DNA of 64,000 nucleotides, taken from assembly GCF_036321535.1 (NCBI RefSeq), contig NC_087436.1, forward strand, positions 91,514,001 through 91,578,000, given 5' to 3'. The DNA comes from Camelus dromedarius. Lineage: Eukaryota. Positions 25,533 through 36,744 of the stretch are shown one piece after another. Within the stretch, counting starts at the first letter, position 1; each line of letters opens with the position of its first letter. Both the position numbers and the translations under genes were made by a program. The notes below the pieces were generated by a model. The model was given only the letters and a program-made list of their open reading frames with translations, did no database searches and was not told the DNA's origin.

Positions 25533-25861
25533 TGTCACCTGAAAAAAAAGTACAACCTAAAAGTTGACAGTTACGTTTTATTCAGGGATGTTGTTCAGAG
25601 GACTATAGCCCAGGAAGGCAGCCTCTCAGACAGCTCTGAGGAACTGATCCAAAGAGATAAGGGAGAAGCCAGGATATAGAGGAGTTTTTGCTGGAAAAAA
25701 ACAAACAAACAAAAAAAACCCCATGTTGTTGAACATCAGATTACTGCTAATCACAAAAAACATTCATCTCAACAAACATGAAGTTAATGATTTTAGTGCT
25801 TTTTATATACGGGAAGATGCAAGATTCTGGGCTCACTGAAATTATTCCCTTGATATGCATC
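25533..25861 (-). mobile_element. MER41-like ERV1 LTR, 3' part (U5-R-distal U3)
   Basis: tgtcacctgaaaaaaa...aacctaaaagttgacagttacgttttatt...gcagcctctcagacagctctgagg...gggaagatgcaagattctgggctcactgaaatt. Minus-strand AATAAA lies near the CA end. Confidence 0.75.
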
Positions 25862-26258
25862 TGTGAATGAAACATGTTACCCGTCATGTAAGTAAACAAA
25901 GGATGTTGCAGCCATCAGGGCATCACCTTGCAGCCACCCCTGATGGTGAGCCCTGAGGGAACTCAGGATGGAAACAGGATGCCCAGCATCCACAATGGTG
26001 CGCCCTAAGGATTCTCAGGATGGGAAGCACAGGATACTCACTGGTCCTAGGTAGCTAGGGTGCGTATCAAAGGAATGATTTCAGTGAGCTCAGACTCTTG
26101 CATCTTCCCATAGGTAAAAAAGCACTAAATTCCTTAACTTGAGATGTTTGGTTTTCTTTAACTAAGAGTACTCCATTGATGTTCCCACTAAATGGTCTTT
26201 GTTGCAAAATACTCCCATATAGCCTGCTCCCTCCCCAACCCCCCTTATCCCTTAGAGC
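25862..26258 (+). mobile_element. MER41-like ERV1 LTR, 5' part (U3 to TATA region), 3'-truncated
   Basis: Starts TGTGAATGAAA; 26060-26230 is the diverged reverse complement of 25670-25860. Confidence 0.75.
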
Positions 26259-26899
26259 TGAGGGATAAGAGCTTATGCAAGAGTCAGCCATCATGCTGTG
26301 GAGATATAAAGGAGTCTGGGCTGAGAGGGGGCCCTCATTCTCTCCTGTGTCAACCCAGGTGATGATAAGAAAATTACTCTTTCCTGCAGGGTGAGTTTGC
26401 AAACCACATCAAAGACAAATTGGAGTCCTTTAGAAGTGAAGGCTGTGCTGACAGCAATCATTACTATTTCAAAATTAGGACAGGAACAGGAAGATGAGAC
26501 AACTTGTTGAGGAAAATATTTCTCTACACTGACTTAAAATGTGTGCTAGGAGTCAGGGAAGGAACTGGATTAAATACAAGTGAAGCACATAACATCACAG
26601 TTTTTCCCCTTCGCATGCTATACCTCGGTCAGAGCACCCGGCACGCACCTAACTCAGGCTCAGGGTGCTTCGGGGTTTGGGAAACATACATGATTTCAAG
26701 ATAGATTTGCATTCTTATTTTATAAATATTGACATTAAAATTTTATACATCTTAAAATGAGAGTTCTATGTTCTGACATAAGGATTTTGATGTTCTGGCA
26801 GGGTCTGTGATGAAAGCTGTAAATTGCCAGTTGGATGAATGCATAACATCTTGACTGACAGATTATCTTTACTATCTAGATAAAATTTAACATTGAAAA

Positions 26900-27265
26900 A
26901 GGGAACAAGATGCTTCTGGTTGGTTATTGATCTGCAAAAACCATTAGTGAAATCAAATTGTGAAACATTTGTATAGATCAGAGAACGTCTGAAAAAGTCA
27001 TAATACTGCTCATGGGAGATTTCAATTACTTAAATATTGACCATGTACAGCTAGGCAGAAAATGTAAAAGCATGTTTCTTAGAGAAAAATTCCATTTGTT
27101 CATAATTCAATTTGATGAACAACTATTCTGGCAGAATAGAAAGAAACAGTTTGTTATACATTACACGGCTCTCAGCCAGGAATTATTGATAAATAAATAA
27201 GAAACCGGGATATTTGATTGCATGAGAATAATCATGATAACCATGATACAGTTCTCTCTCATACA
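26900..27265 (+). mobile_element. CR1/L3 LINE endonuclease-domain remnant
   Basis: Frame through 26991-27041 reads EKVIILLMGDFNYLNID, matching the APE-endonuclease motif LMGDFNYPDI of CR1 ORF2; surrounding sequence is broken by stops. Confidence 0.6.
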
Positions 27266-27917
27266 CAAAACTCATACACATAGTTACAGACCTGTAGATT
27301 ATAAACGTTGTTTCATTTTCTTCAGTTCTTACACTAAATTTGCTGCCCAGGAAAGGTTACATTCAACTAAAGTCCTCAGTCAATTGTCTCTGTGTTTCCT
27401 AATTTTATGTGGGATATAGTGCGGAGGAAGTTAGAAGAAAGGAAGGAGAGAGAGAGGCTGAGATTTGAGAGATTTCAAGTCAAGTTCCTTGGGCAGAGAT
27501 CCCTCCCAGTGCTGTCAAGCATCTCTTCTATCCTCTATTTTCCATCTTCTCTCCAGGTATAAGTTTGACACTCAGCTTTTCACATTTAGAAATCTTATTA
27601 GGGAATATACCAATGGATTTATTTACTTTATTTTGTGAAAAACTGACTTGTTGTAAAGTATCCTCCTGTAAGGATATTTATATTCTAGTCAACAGAGCAG
27701 TAAGTCAAGGGGAGAAAGCTGTGGGAATGGAAATGAGAAATCAGAATCAGAGAGCAGTATTTAGAATAATAGCAACAAATGAAAGAAAGGAGAAACTGAA
27801 TTGGAGCAGAGCCTGATTCAGGCCTGATTTGCTAAGCAGGTGTCCAGGGCACCAACAAATAAAAAGGATTATCTACATTGTTGGGGGTTACAGGCACACT
27901 CTCCTATGATAATAACG

Positions 27918-28600
27918 ATGTAAATTAAAGCTAGCCTGAGATGCCATTATTCACTTATCAGATTTGTAAATATCCCTAAATTTGGTAGCACACTCTTGGC
28001 GAGGCAGTTAGGGACTTAATACATTGCTGATGGGAGAGTAAATGAGTACAAACCCTGTAATCAGAAATGTAGCCGTATCTATCAAATTTTCAAACACATA
28101 GTTTTGACCAAACAATTCTGCTTCTGGGAATTTAGTCTACATAAATGGCTATGCGTATGTAAAATGACATAAATGCAAGTTTATTTGTTGCAGTGTTATT
28201 AGTAATAGCCAAAGAACCAAACCACCCAAAGGACCACCAGAAGAGAGGGCTTAGATAAGTTATGATACATCCATATAACGGATAATATGTGGCTTGAAAC
28301 CAGGAAGTAGCTAACTGTGCACTGATGTGGAAAGTCCTCCAAGATATATTGTGCGTAAAAAATCATGTTCACAACAATGTGCATAATGTACCACCTTTTG
28401 TGTAAAAATAGAGAAAATAAGACTCTGTATTCATGTTTCTTTGGCTGTACATAAAGAAACTAAAAAGATGCATACAAATCTGATAACAATGATTTTCATG
28501 GTCGGGGGAGGGGAATGGAAAGATGAACAAGCAGGAAATGCGGGAGACTTTTCACTGTGCACCACTTCAACTTACAGATATATTACCTATGAAAATTAAA
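27918..28600 (+). mobile_element. L1ME-type 3' end
   Basis: atacattgctgatgggagagtaaat...caattctgcttctgggaattta...gataagttatgatacatccata...ctccaagatatatt...gggagacttttcactgt. Confidence 0.85.
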
Positions 28601-28760
28601 TGCAGAAAGCTTTTATCAAATATTATTGTAATAAAAATTGGAAATGTGAAATCATTTAACTTTTGCATCTCTGCAAAATGTAAGTTGATACAACTACCAC
28701 TGACTACAGAGCACATTTTAGTTTAAAGAAAGAAGAAGTGTGCAGAGAACTAGATTCATT

Positions 28761-29110
28761 GTATTAGTCGGAGTCCAGTCAGGATGGGTTAGGGTATGTC
28801 AGTAACAAACCACCACAAAATCCTAGTGTTTTACAAAACAAGATTCTTTCTTTCCCATGCTACCTGTCTGCAGAGGGTCTGCTTCACTTCCTTCCCATAG
28901 TTTTTGCATTCCAGGTCAACGCCCACGGAACTTCTCCTATCTTGGAGTTTCCCACCAGGAAGACAAGAGTGAGCTAGCGGACCATAAACTCCGAAAGCTC
29001 TCTAAAAACCGATACTCCTTACTTATTACTTAGCTACATTTGATTGGTCACCTCAAGTCATATGGCTGCTCCTAAATTCAATAAGGAAGGGTGTATAATC
29101 TTCCCACGTA
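28761..29110 (-). mobile_element. MLT1 (MaLR) LTR
   Basis: agtcaggatgggttagggtatg...cagtaacaaac...attggtcacctcaagtcatatggctgctcctaaattcaa. Confidence 0.75.
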
Positions 29111-29387
29111 GAATGTACCTCAAGAACATAGGCAAGTCTAAATTAATGGCAAAAGGAACTATAAATCTCCCCCATGTAGAAAATATTTTGAAAATTAATA
29201 CAATTTCCATTTATCATTTCTTATTGAAAGATCTTCATTTTCTTCCTGTCCCCATTCAATGGATGCTGAACCAATCCCAACACTAATTTTAATGTTAATT
29301 CTATCTTTGAATAATGAATAAAAGCTTTAAGGACTCTGTGTAGAGTTCCTGCATTTCTCGTTGCTCTCTAAATAAGAATAGACCTTT

Positions 29388-29433
29388 TTATTATTTTATT
29401 AAAGTATAGTCAGTTTACAGTGCTGTGTCAATT
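29388..29433 (-). mobile_element. Ultra-short 5'-truncated L1 (3' terminus only)
   Basis: ttattattttattaaagtatagtcagtttacagtgctgtgtcaatt flanked by TSD agaatagaccttt (29375-29387) / agaacagaccttt (29434-29446). Confidence 0.85.
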
Positions 29434-30920
29434 AGAACAGACCTTTAAATTGTAAAAACTGCTGGAAAAGTTCTACTCTGATTTAAGTGAGTTGGTCCTG
29501 TTTTTAAGTCAGTTTCCAAAGTTTGCTAAATAGATCACATCCCATGGTTAAGTCCTCCAGGGGACTGAAACATCATTAAGAATGTGTGCCATTCAAAAAT
29601 GTGGGATCTATGTGAAATATTATTTTTAGCTGTGGATTGCAGAGATTTTTGAAACCAAATTAATGGAAAAAAAGGAAATTTACATTTTAATAATCATTCC
29701 CAACTATGCAGACTTTTTCTTATACTGAAGTAGCTGACTGAATATTATCCACAAAATATACTTCAATTCAAATTTTAAACTCTATTACTTAATTCTTTTT
29801 AGGCTCTCTTTAGTTATTCTAAGCCATTCTATACCTTATTCAGATAAATAGGACATAACATCTGCTAAAAAAAAATTGAATACCATTTGAAATTCTGGAT
29901 CTTTCTACAAAATTATATCATCTATGACTCTTTTAATCAGGTAATGTCTATGTGAATTTTATTACTAATAAAAAAAGCATAAACTACTTTTGATTCTAGT
30001 AAAATCCTCATTGGAGAAACCAAAAAAATCCTGAACAAAAAGAACATTTTTCATTTTACATCATCACCTAAGAAGGACTACTTGATCATGATTTGAAAAT
30101 GACCAGAGACTTGAATTTTATTTTAATCTACTTCTTAAATTATCTATGCTGTTGTGATTGAAACTGAGAAGTGGATGAAATTGCACGACTGAAGGAGCAT
30201 AAAGTCAGGAAAATGATATGAGTTTATGCTTAGAGGAAAGATCTAAGAAGGTGCGTTTAATAATGAGAAAAGCAGTCTGGCTGAAATAGATTATGATGGT
30301 AAGTATTGAGAGGCAGGTTTGGAAAAGTAAATCAGGATAAGTTGAAGAGAGCTTGAATCTCCAGCAAAGGATACTACTGGAAATGAGCAGATAGGACAGG
30401 TTTTCAAATAGGAGGTTGAGAGAAATAATGTAGAAAGAACATGGAGCATAACAGATTGGAAGGGCATTATTGAAAGCCAAGAATTTTCACCTCAGTGTGC
30501 AATAATTAGAGATGATAAGGAATCTAAGTTAGACAATGTCACTATGAAGAGATACAAGAGAAGAATTAGAGGCAATGAAAAATATAAATAAACAGAATTT
30601 GAACAATTTAATATGAAATAAAAAGGAGAAAGGAATCTAAACTGACTGACTTTGAGGTTGGAAAAATTAGATAGGCAATTGGGAGAATCAGAATCCACAG
30701 GAAAAAGAAAATCACTCTGCTCCTCTGCTCTGCTTAGTGATTGTGGCTCAACACTCCTGACCTGGGTTGCTAAGTTTCAATGTACTAATGCCAGGAAACT
30801 GACTAGTATTGTTGACCCTGCTGGAAAAATACACATGGATGATGAGGTGGGAGCAGAATTCTTAGAAAAGGAATATTGTGAGCTAGAGAAGTGTCTCCTA
30901 TAGAGACAAAGTGCTACTAA

Positions 30921-31399
30921 CGTAATAGGGAAGACAAATCTGACTCCATATTGGATATTTCTTTTATTTTAACCTTTGTATTCTGCTACTTTTGCTAGGA
31001 GTTAAGAATGTTGCCTATAGCCTGACGTATACAGGATAGCCCATTCTCAAGGCTCTGACCTTTAAAAGTATAACAATTTTCCATTGATATAGAGATAAAT
31101 AGTTGCAGAACAGAGAATAACACTTGTCTTATTGGAGGTTTACAGGAACAGCATGAGCTGATCTAAGTGGATAGCTGCAAGAACACAGGATTCTGAGATT
31201 AAGACTTTTACAACAAACAATGAAATCTTCCTTTTTAGTATGAAAGAAACCTTATTTCTAACTTGGATAAAATGGTTCTCTGGGACATTAGTCCACCATC
31301 TTCTCAGTCTGCTGACTTTCCCAATAAAGTCACGATTCTTTGCCCCAACAACTCGTTTTCAATTTATTGGCTTGTCTTGAGAGCTTGGACTGGGTAACA
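30921..31399 (+). mobile_element. ERV1-class solo LTR
   Basis: (c)gtaatagggaagacaaatctgactccatattgga...AATAAA 31323...gggtaaca; 4-bp TSD CTAA at 30917-30920 and 31400-31403. Confidence 0.85.
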
Positions 31400-32784
31400 C
31401 TAACAATTGAAGAACAGACTTGGTTTGTTATTCTGAGTCTGTGTGTAGAGGGCTGGAGGATTCATTTTCTGAGACTTGGGTTTCCTTAAGATATGAGAAC
31501 TTGGAGGTATATTATTTGAAGGTGGTAAAAGAACAAGGATTAACAGGTGAACTGGGGATAACCTGGAAGCCAAGGCCCCAGGGGTGGAAACTGTACTTTC
31601 TGCCTACTTAACAAATGCCTCTTTTCTTTCCGTTATTCAGTAGTTCTCACTGCAAATGAATAGCTGTCACTGCAGTAAATCTCTATTTCCAACTAGCTGC
31701 CTAAATTTTCATAGAGATGAGTGAAAGAATTTCATGAGTAATAATTAATAAGTGGCAAAGGTTAGCTATGGTTTTGTTTTTATTTATGAAAAGAGGTCAA
31801 ATTTTCTTCTATTATTTGATTTAAAAACCTTGTTGATTGTTCTTTTCAAAGAGAAATGAGCTGTCTTCATTTAACGTCTTAAAAAAGCAAATTCAACGAG
31901 GTCCTAAAGATGTTAGTACTAGTCTTCTTAGTGTTGTTCGTATTAGATTCTACAAATTTTTTTAAAGTCTTTCTGAACAATTTACTTATAAGTACACATC
32001 AAAGTATTATTATAATCTTTCCGCAAGGCAAAAAGCCTCTAACAGATCAATTCAAATATTCCTCTCTTGGTAGAATTACGAGTAAGGGAGTTCGGAAATA
32101 TGATTGCTAGCATAGATAAAGAAAGAAATGCTGGTTAAAATTAGTAGGCTCTTGACTGGACAGGCCTTTTAGTAGATGGGTTTCTGCTTTCTCAGAACAA
32201 GTTTCAGTTTCATTATTGTTCATAATAAATTACTTATTTTACCAGAAATACTATTTTCTTCTTAAAAGTAATTTGTGAGTTTTTCACCCAAGTAATTATT
32301 TTCCAGGCCAAGTTTTAATTTTTTTTCCCTACAGGTACTAAGGAAAGGGAGACACCTAGAGTTTCCAGAAATCTAACCTCTTGCCTACTAAAAGCTCTGA
32401 AAAAATTCCTTTATCACATGTAGATGACAAAATATAATGTATTATGTAACACTGAAATTGAAGTCAGTCTCAAATGCAAGAGGAACTTATTAAACAAACT
32501 AAGGGTAAATCTCTTTTTAGAAGCAATAAATTCTTAGGTCATTCAAACAATCTTTTTGGTAGGCCAGATAGGGATGGCTTATAAGGAGAGACATAAAGTA
32601 TTTGAAGAATCTGAAAGTTTTGTTGTCATTGATTATTTGCTTATTTTTTTGCTTTTTTGTTTCCATTTTTATTTTTTAATTTTTAATTTTTAAATCAACC
32701 ACATCATGGTAAATTTGTGTTTCTAGGTTTTTTTGTTTGTTTGTTTGTTTTTTGCTATTTTTAAGCAAATGATTGTTTCTTTTC

Positions 32785-32905
32785 TTGATAGTGTAAGTTC
32801 CATGAAGGCAGAGTTTTTTTTTCACTTTTGGTCACTATTTTACTCCTTCAGTCAAAAACAATATCTGACTCATAGGATATTTTCAAAAAAATATTTGTTC
32901 GATGG
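32785..32905 (+). mobile_element. L2 LINE 3' end
   Basis: gtgtaagttccatgaaggcagag...tctgactcatagg...aatatttgttcgatg. Confidence 0.75.
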
Positions 32906-33244
32906 TTTTGTACTTTTGGAAAATCATGGAAACATACTCCCTTCTACATGTTCAGGATAAAGTAGGGAGAGAAAGAAGGAGAATTTCTAGCAAGCTCATA
33001 CATGTCTTGAATATGAAAAAAAAAATACAGTTTGCTTTTGTATATGCATAACATAAAAATCTCCAGGAAAAAAGCATGCAGTTTTGAACATAGGAGATAA
33101 TCAATATATATTACTGATGGATTTTCCTCCAGTAATTCGTGTCCAGAGATGAAACACACAGAGAATTTTGAGTGCTTTCCTTTTTTATAAGATCCAAAAG
33201 ACCAATTCAAGGACTAACTCCCTCGTAAACTTTCTTCTTCACAG

Positions 33245-33352
33245 GTTTCTGAAGAGGATAAACCAATCCAGGGACTAGGAGCCTCACAATGGGGTTTTAA
33301 AGCTGGGTGGTGTGGCATTTCACAGCTTGTACGGGAATAAAGACGACTTTGA
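33245..33352 (+). other. Candidate exon (strong 3' splice site; unverified)
   Basis: ACTAAC branch point 33213-33218, AG-free pyrimidine tract, CAG|G at 33242-33245; AATAAA 33336-33341; weak donor TGA|GTATGC after 33352. Confidence 0.25.
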
Positions 33353-33829
33353 GTATGCCCTATTAGGAAATAGGAGAGAAAAAAAATCTTCTCTTTTTGC
33401 ATCACCTTCAGCTAGTTTTTGCATAAATAAAATGCTTGTAAAACATGTATTGGCTGAATGAATGGTAATGGTAATTGTACAGTAAGCCTCACCATAATAG
33501 ACCAGGCAAAGAGGACAGAGAGAGGCATCCTTCACTGCTATAGATAATCCAAGTGTCACTTCTGTTGGGCTTGTGGTTATCCATTTTGAACCTTCATTTC
33601 AACATGAATAAACTTAAATTTTGAGGCAATTTGATGTAACAGAAACAGATCAGGTATCACTCTCCTTCACTGACTGATATACAATGTCTTGAAAATCATT
33701 CCCTCATTTGTCTTTTTTAAAATATATATTTTCAGGAGGGAGGGTTTATCTGGCTCCTATTACTTCATGTTGGCTAGAAGCAGAAATTGGGACTGTTTTT
33801 GAAGACTCAGTTATGCTGGTAACAATACC

Positions 33830-34842
33830 TTGGAAGCTCACGTAATACCAGCAACTAAAATGGTGCTCTTTCTCCTACAGCCAGGATTCATGAGCCAGGA
33901 AATCAAAGGCTTCAAAGAAGACTGGCCTTACTCACTGTTATCTATACTGATGCGCTAGGAAAAGATTTTATGTTCTCTCCCTGCAACTTTAGTCCCTGCA
34001 TCTAAGGGAGGAAGGCTGCCAGTTAAGGAAACTTCAATGGCTTCTTTAAACTGGATTTGAGACTGCTGCTGGGCTGTGTTGGACTTTTCACGTCAATGAA
34101 TAAAGAAGCAACCAAGGGGGTTACTGTACTAGTGGTGACCACTGATTTTTATTACCGTATGGAGAATCTGTTTCTTCTACATGATAATAATAAGAAGAAA
34201 TATGTCTGTAATGCAAAAGATTCCCTGGGGTGTTTCTCAGTCCTCCCTCGTCCATGATTAAAGTCAAAGGAAAACTATACAACACAACGCAACACAACTC
34301 AGCAGGTCTAATGATGGTCCATGCACTTCAACAAGGAAGGTTTGGATCACCCTTCATCAGGCAAGGAAACATATCAACCAAGGTACTTGAGTAAGGCAAA
34401 AAAAGACAGGAAGAAGTTAGTTAGGAATATCAGCTAGGACTCTGGAATTAGTTGTCCAAGGAAGGACTGTGATAGCTATGAATGTTTCTTGCTTATTTGG
34501 ACCTGCATAAATGTATGCACATATTAACCAATTTTTTTCTCTTCCTCTTTTTCATTCCCCTGCCGTCTATCATAAGACATGTTAATAACAATTACTCTTA
34601 GACCTCATAATTAAAATTACAAGATAGCAAAGAAAGAGGACATCTGAGCCAGATAAAACAATGAACATTACCCACAAATAGATAAAAAAGACTATGTGTC
34701 CTTTTAGGGGGAGATATTTGGCACATCTTCAGTTATACAAAGGAGAGTTGCAAAAATGGAGTGGGTTTTTATATTGTCTTTATCTGAATATTGAGTATTG
34801 AAAAATGAGATGTATATGGATTTAAGTTGACACAAGGTGGAT
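33830..34842 (+). mobile_element. ERVL internal 3' region: integrase end plus dUTPase pseudogene
   Basis: GALSPTARIHEPGNQ (33862) and ORF 34057-34257 (LRLLLGCVGLFTSMNKEATKGVTVLVVTTD...CNAKDSLGCFSVLP) match ERV-L pol/dUTPase (LRLPPGHFGLLMPLNQQAKKGVTVLAGVIDPDY); frameshifted; ends in gttgacacaaggtgga, a PPT-like stretch. Confidence 0.85.
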
Positions 34843-35345
34843 TTGTATTATGTCAAGTTGGCAAAGCTGAGACTTCATTTTCCACCAGTCCTTTCTCTGC
34901 GTTGCTCACTTTTGGTGTGGGCCACAAAAAGAGATGTTTCATACAAGATTACAAGGTTAGGAAGCCAGTAGGGCAGCAGCATTCTTCTTGTTACCTTCAA
35001 TAAGTCAGTGAAAGCACAAAGAGTTGTTGAAGCTCATGCCATGTGTTCATCATCAGCTGGTTCCCCTCGGTGGCTGGGGTAGTAGCCAGGTCTGCAGTGA
35101 CTTCCTATCATGGCAGATTTTTTTCTTTGTCTTATCAAACTCCTGGCCCGGGTATGAGAATTAGTTAGGTGATCAGGAGTGTTAGCGTGTCCTATTAAAC
35201 ACTTCCATCTTTGAGGCTGGAGACTTGGAGATAGTGAAGCAGGTTATAATTTATCTTCATAGGTTCAAGTTCAACTTCAGATGTGGTTTCCAGCCCATCC
35301 TCACAGGTTCCAATTTGTTCTTGTTTCCTACACCTTACTTCCATC
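34843..35345 (+). mobile_element. ERVL 3' LTR, LTR41-like, truncated
   Basis: ttgtattatgtcaagttggcaaagctgagacttcattttcc...ggccacaaaaagaga directly follows the ERVL internal end. Confidence 0.65.
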
Positions 35346-35349
35346 TAAG

Positions 35350-36210
35350 AAGCAAAGTAGAAATCCACTGAAAAATAGAAGAGTTTTTGAATGTCCTATG
35401 GTACTGAAGTGACAAAATTTAGAATTTGGGACCCTCTTCCCAATGCCACCACCCGAGGAAGAAGAGTTATATTAAGCACTGTAAGTTCTCTGTTGAAACT
35501 TCTAGAGTTGGATGAGCTCATTGAAGAAAAAGCTTACAAAACTGAAGCCTAGACTAACTCAGCTCAGCTCCTAACTGGATTACCATGGGGTTACCCAACT
35601 CCAAGTGTCTACTGGAAGATAAGGTAAACTATCCACAGAGGAAAACCACATCATTCAGATTCTTAGAAATTTTTATACACAAGGCTCAATGTTCAGTCAA
35701 AAATTGTGAGACTTACCCAGAAACAAAACTATGAAAAAAGCAGATGATAGAAACAGATTCACAGATGACTCAGTTACTGGAGTTATAAAACATGGATTTT
35801 AAAATAACTGTGACTATTATTCAAGAAAATAGATCATAAATGAGCTTCAAAGTTAAGAAAACTCTATTATCTATAAAAAAATCAAATGAAAAGTTTACAA
35901 CAGAAAAAAGTCATAATTAAAAATTAAGATCCCAGTGAAGAGTTCAACAGAAAATTAGGCATAGTAAGAGAGGTTTAATAAACAGGATTGTAGGACAAGG
36001 TAAAATGCCAAGGTGGAAGTTTGAATAACTAAGAGAACAGAAAATACTGAAAAGAGTATAAGAGAATTTTCAGACATGGTGAAAACTTCCAACATGTATT
36101 TGGAGTCAAAGAATTACATACAATTCAGAAGCAATATTTGAAAAACAGCAGTTCTGAGAGAATTTTCCCCAAACTGATTACAACCATCAAACCACACATT
36201 GAAAGGATGC
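35350..36210 (+). mobile_element. Old L1M 5'/ORF1 region
   Basis: atagaaacagattcacagatgactcagttactggagtta...ggattttaaaataact...agaagcaatatttgaa...gagaattttccccaaactgat. Confidence 0.75.
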
Positions 36211-36744
36211 TGCTCACAGTCACATGTGGGATAGATTGTGGAAGGAGGGAGACAAATCACCGTCTGTTACAAAGGTCAAGGTGAAAGACTATGGGGTTAG
36301 ACGGTTGCAATAGTGCAAAGGTGGAGAAAAGTAGGTTGAGCCTGCAGGAAAAGTGTGCTGATAGATTCGGGTATGAGATGTAGAGCAGAGGATGACAGAA
36401 GACAGAGCAACTGGATAAATGGAACTGCTTTTACTGAGATGGGGGCAACCTCAGGATGATCAAACTGGAGCTGGAAAGGATGTAAAGAATTTGTTACAGA
36501 TAATTGGTAGCAACTCTATTAAGAATAGGCAGCACTAAACAAAACCATTAGCCACACACAATAACCATATTGAATAATGTTTCAATTGTAACTATATTGA
36601 ATAAATTTTCAAGCACCTGAAGCCATAAAAAAATAATCAAATAGATAAAGAGATCAAAACTGTATTCTAAGATAATGAATTGGAAGCTAGCTAACTGAGA
36701 AACCACAATCCATCTTCCGAAAGTCTATAAGTAACTTTGAATTG

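Noticed and set aside
32315..32340. Acceptor-like ttttttccctacag|g (similar site near 27556)
   Set aside because: No convincing downstream donor or meaningful frame; such tracts are common in T-rich DNA
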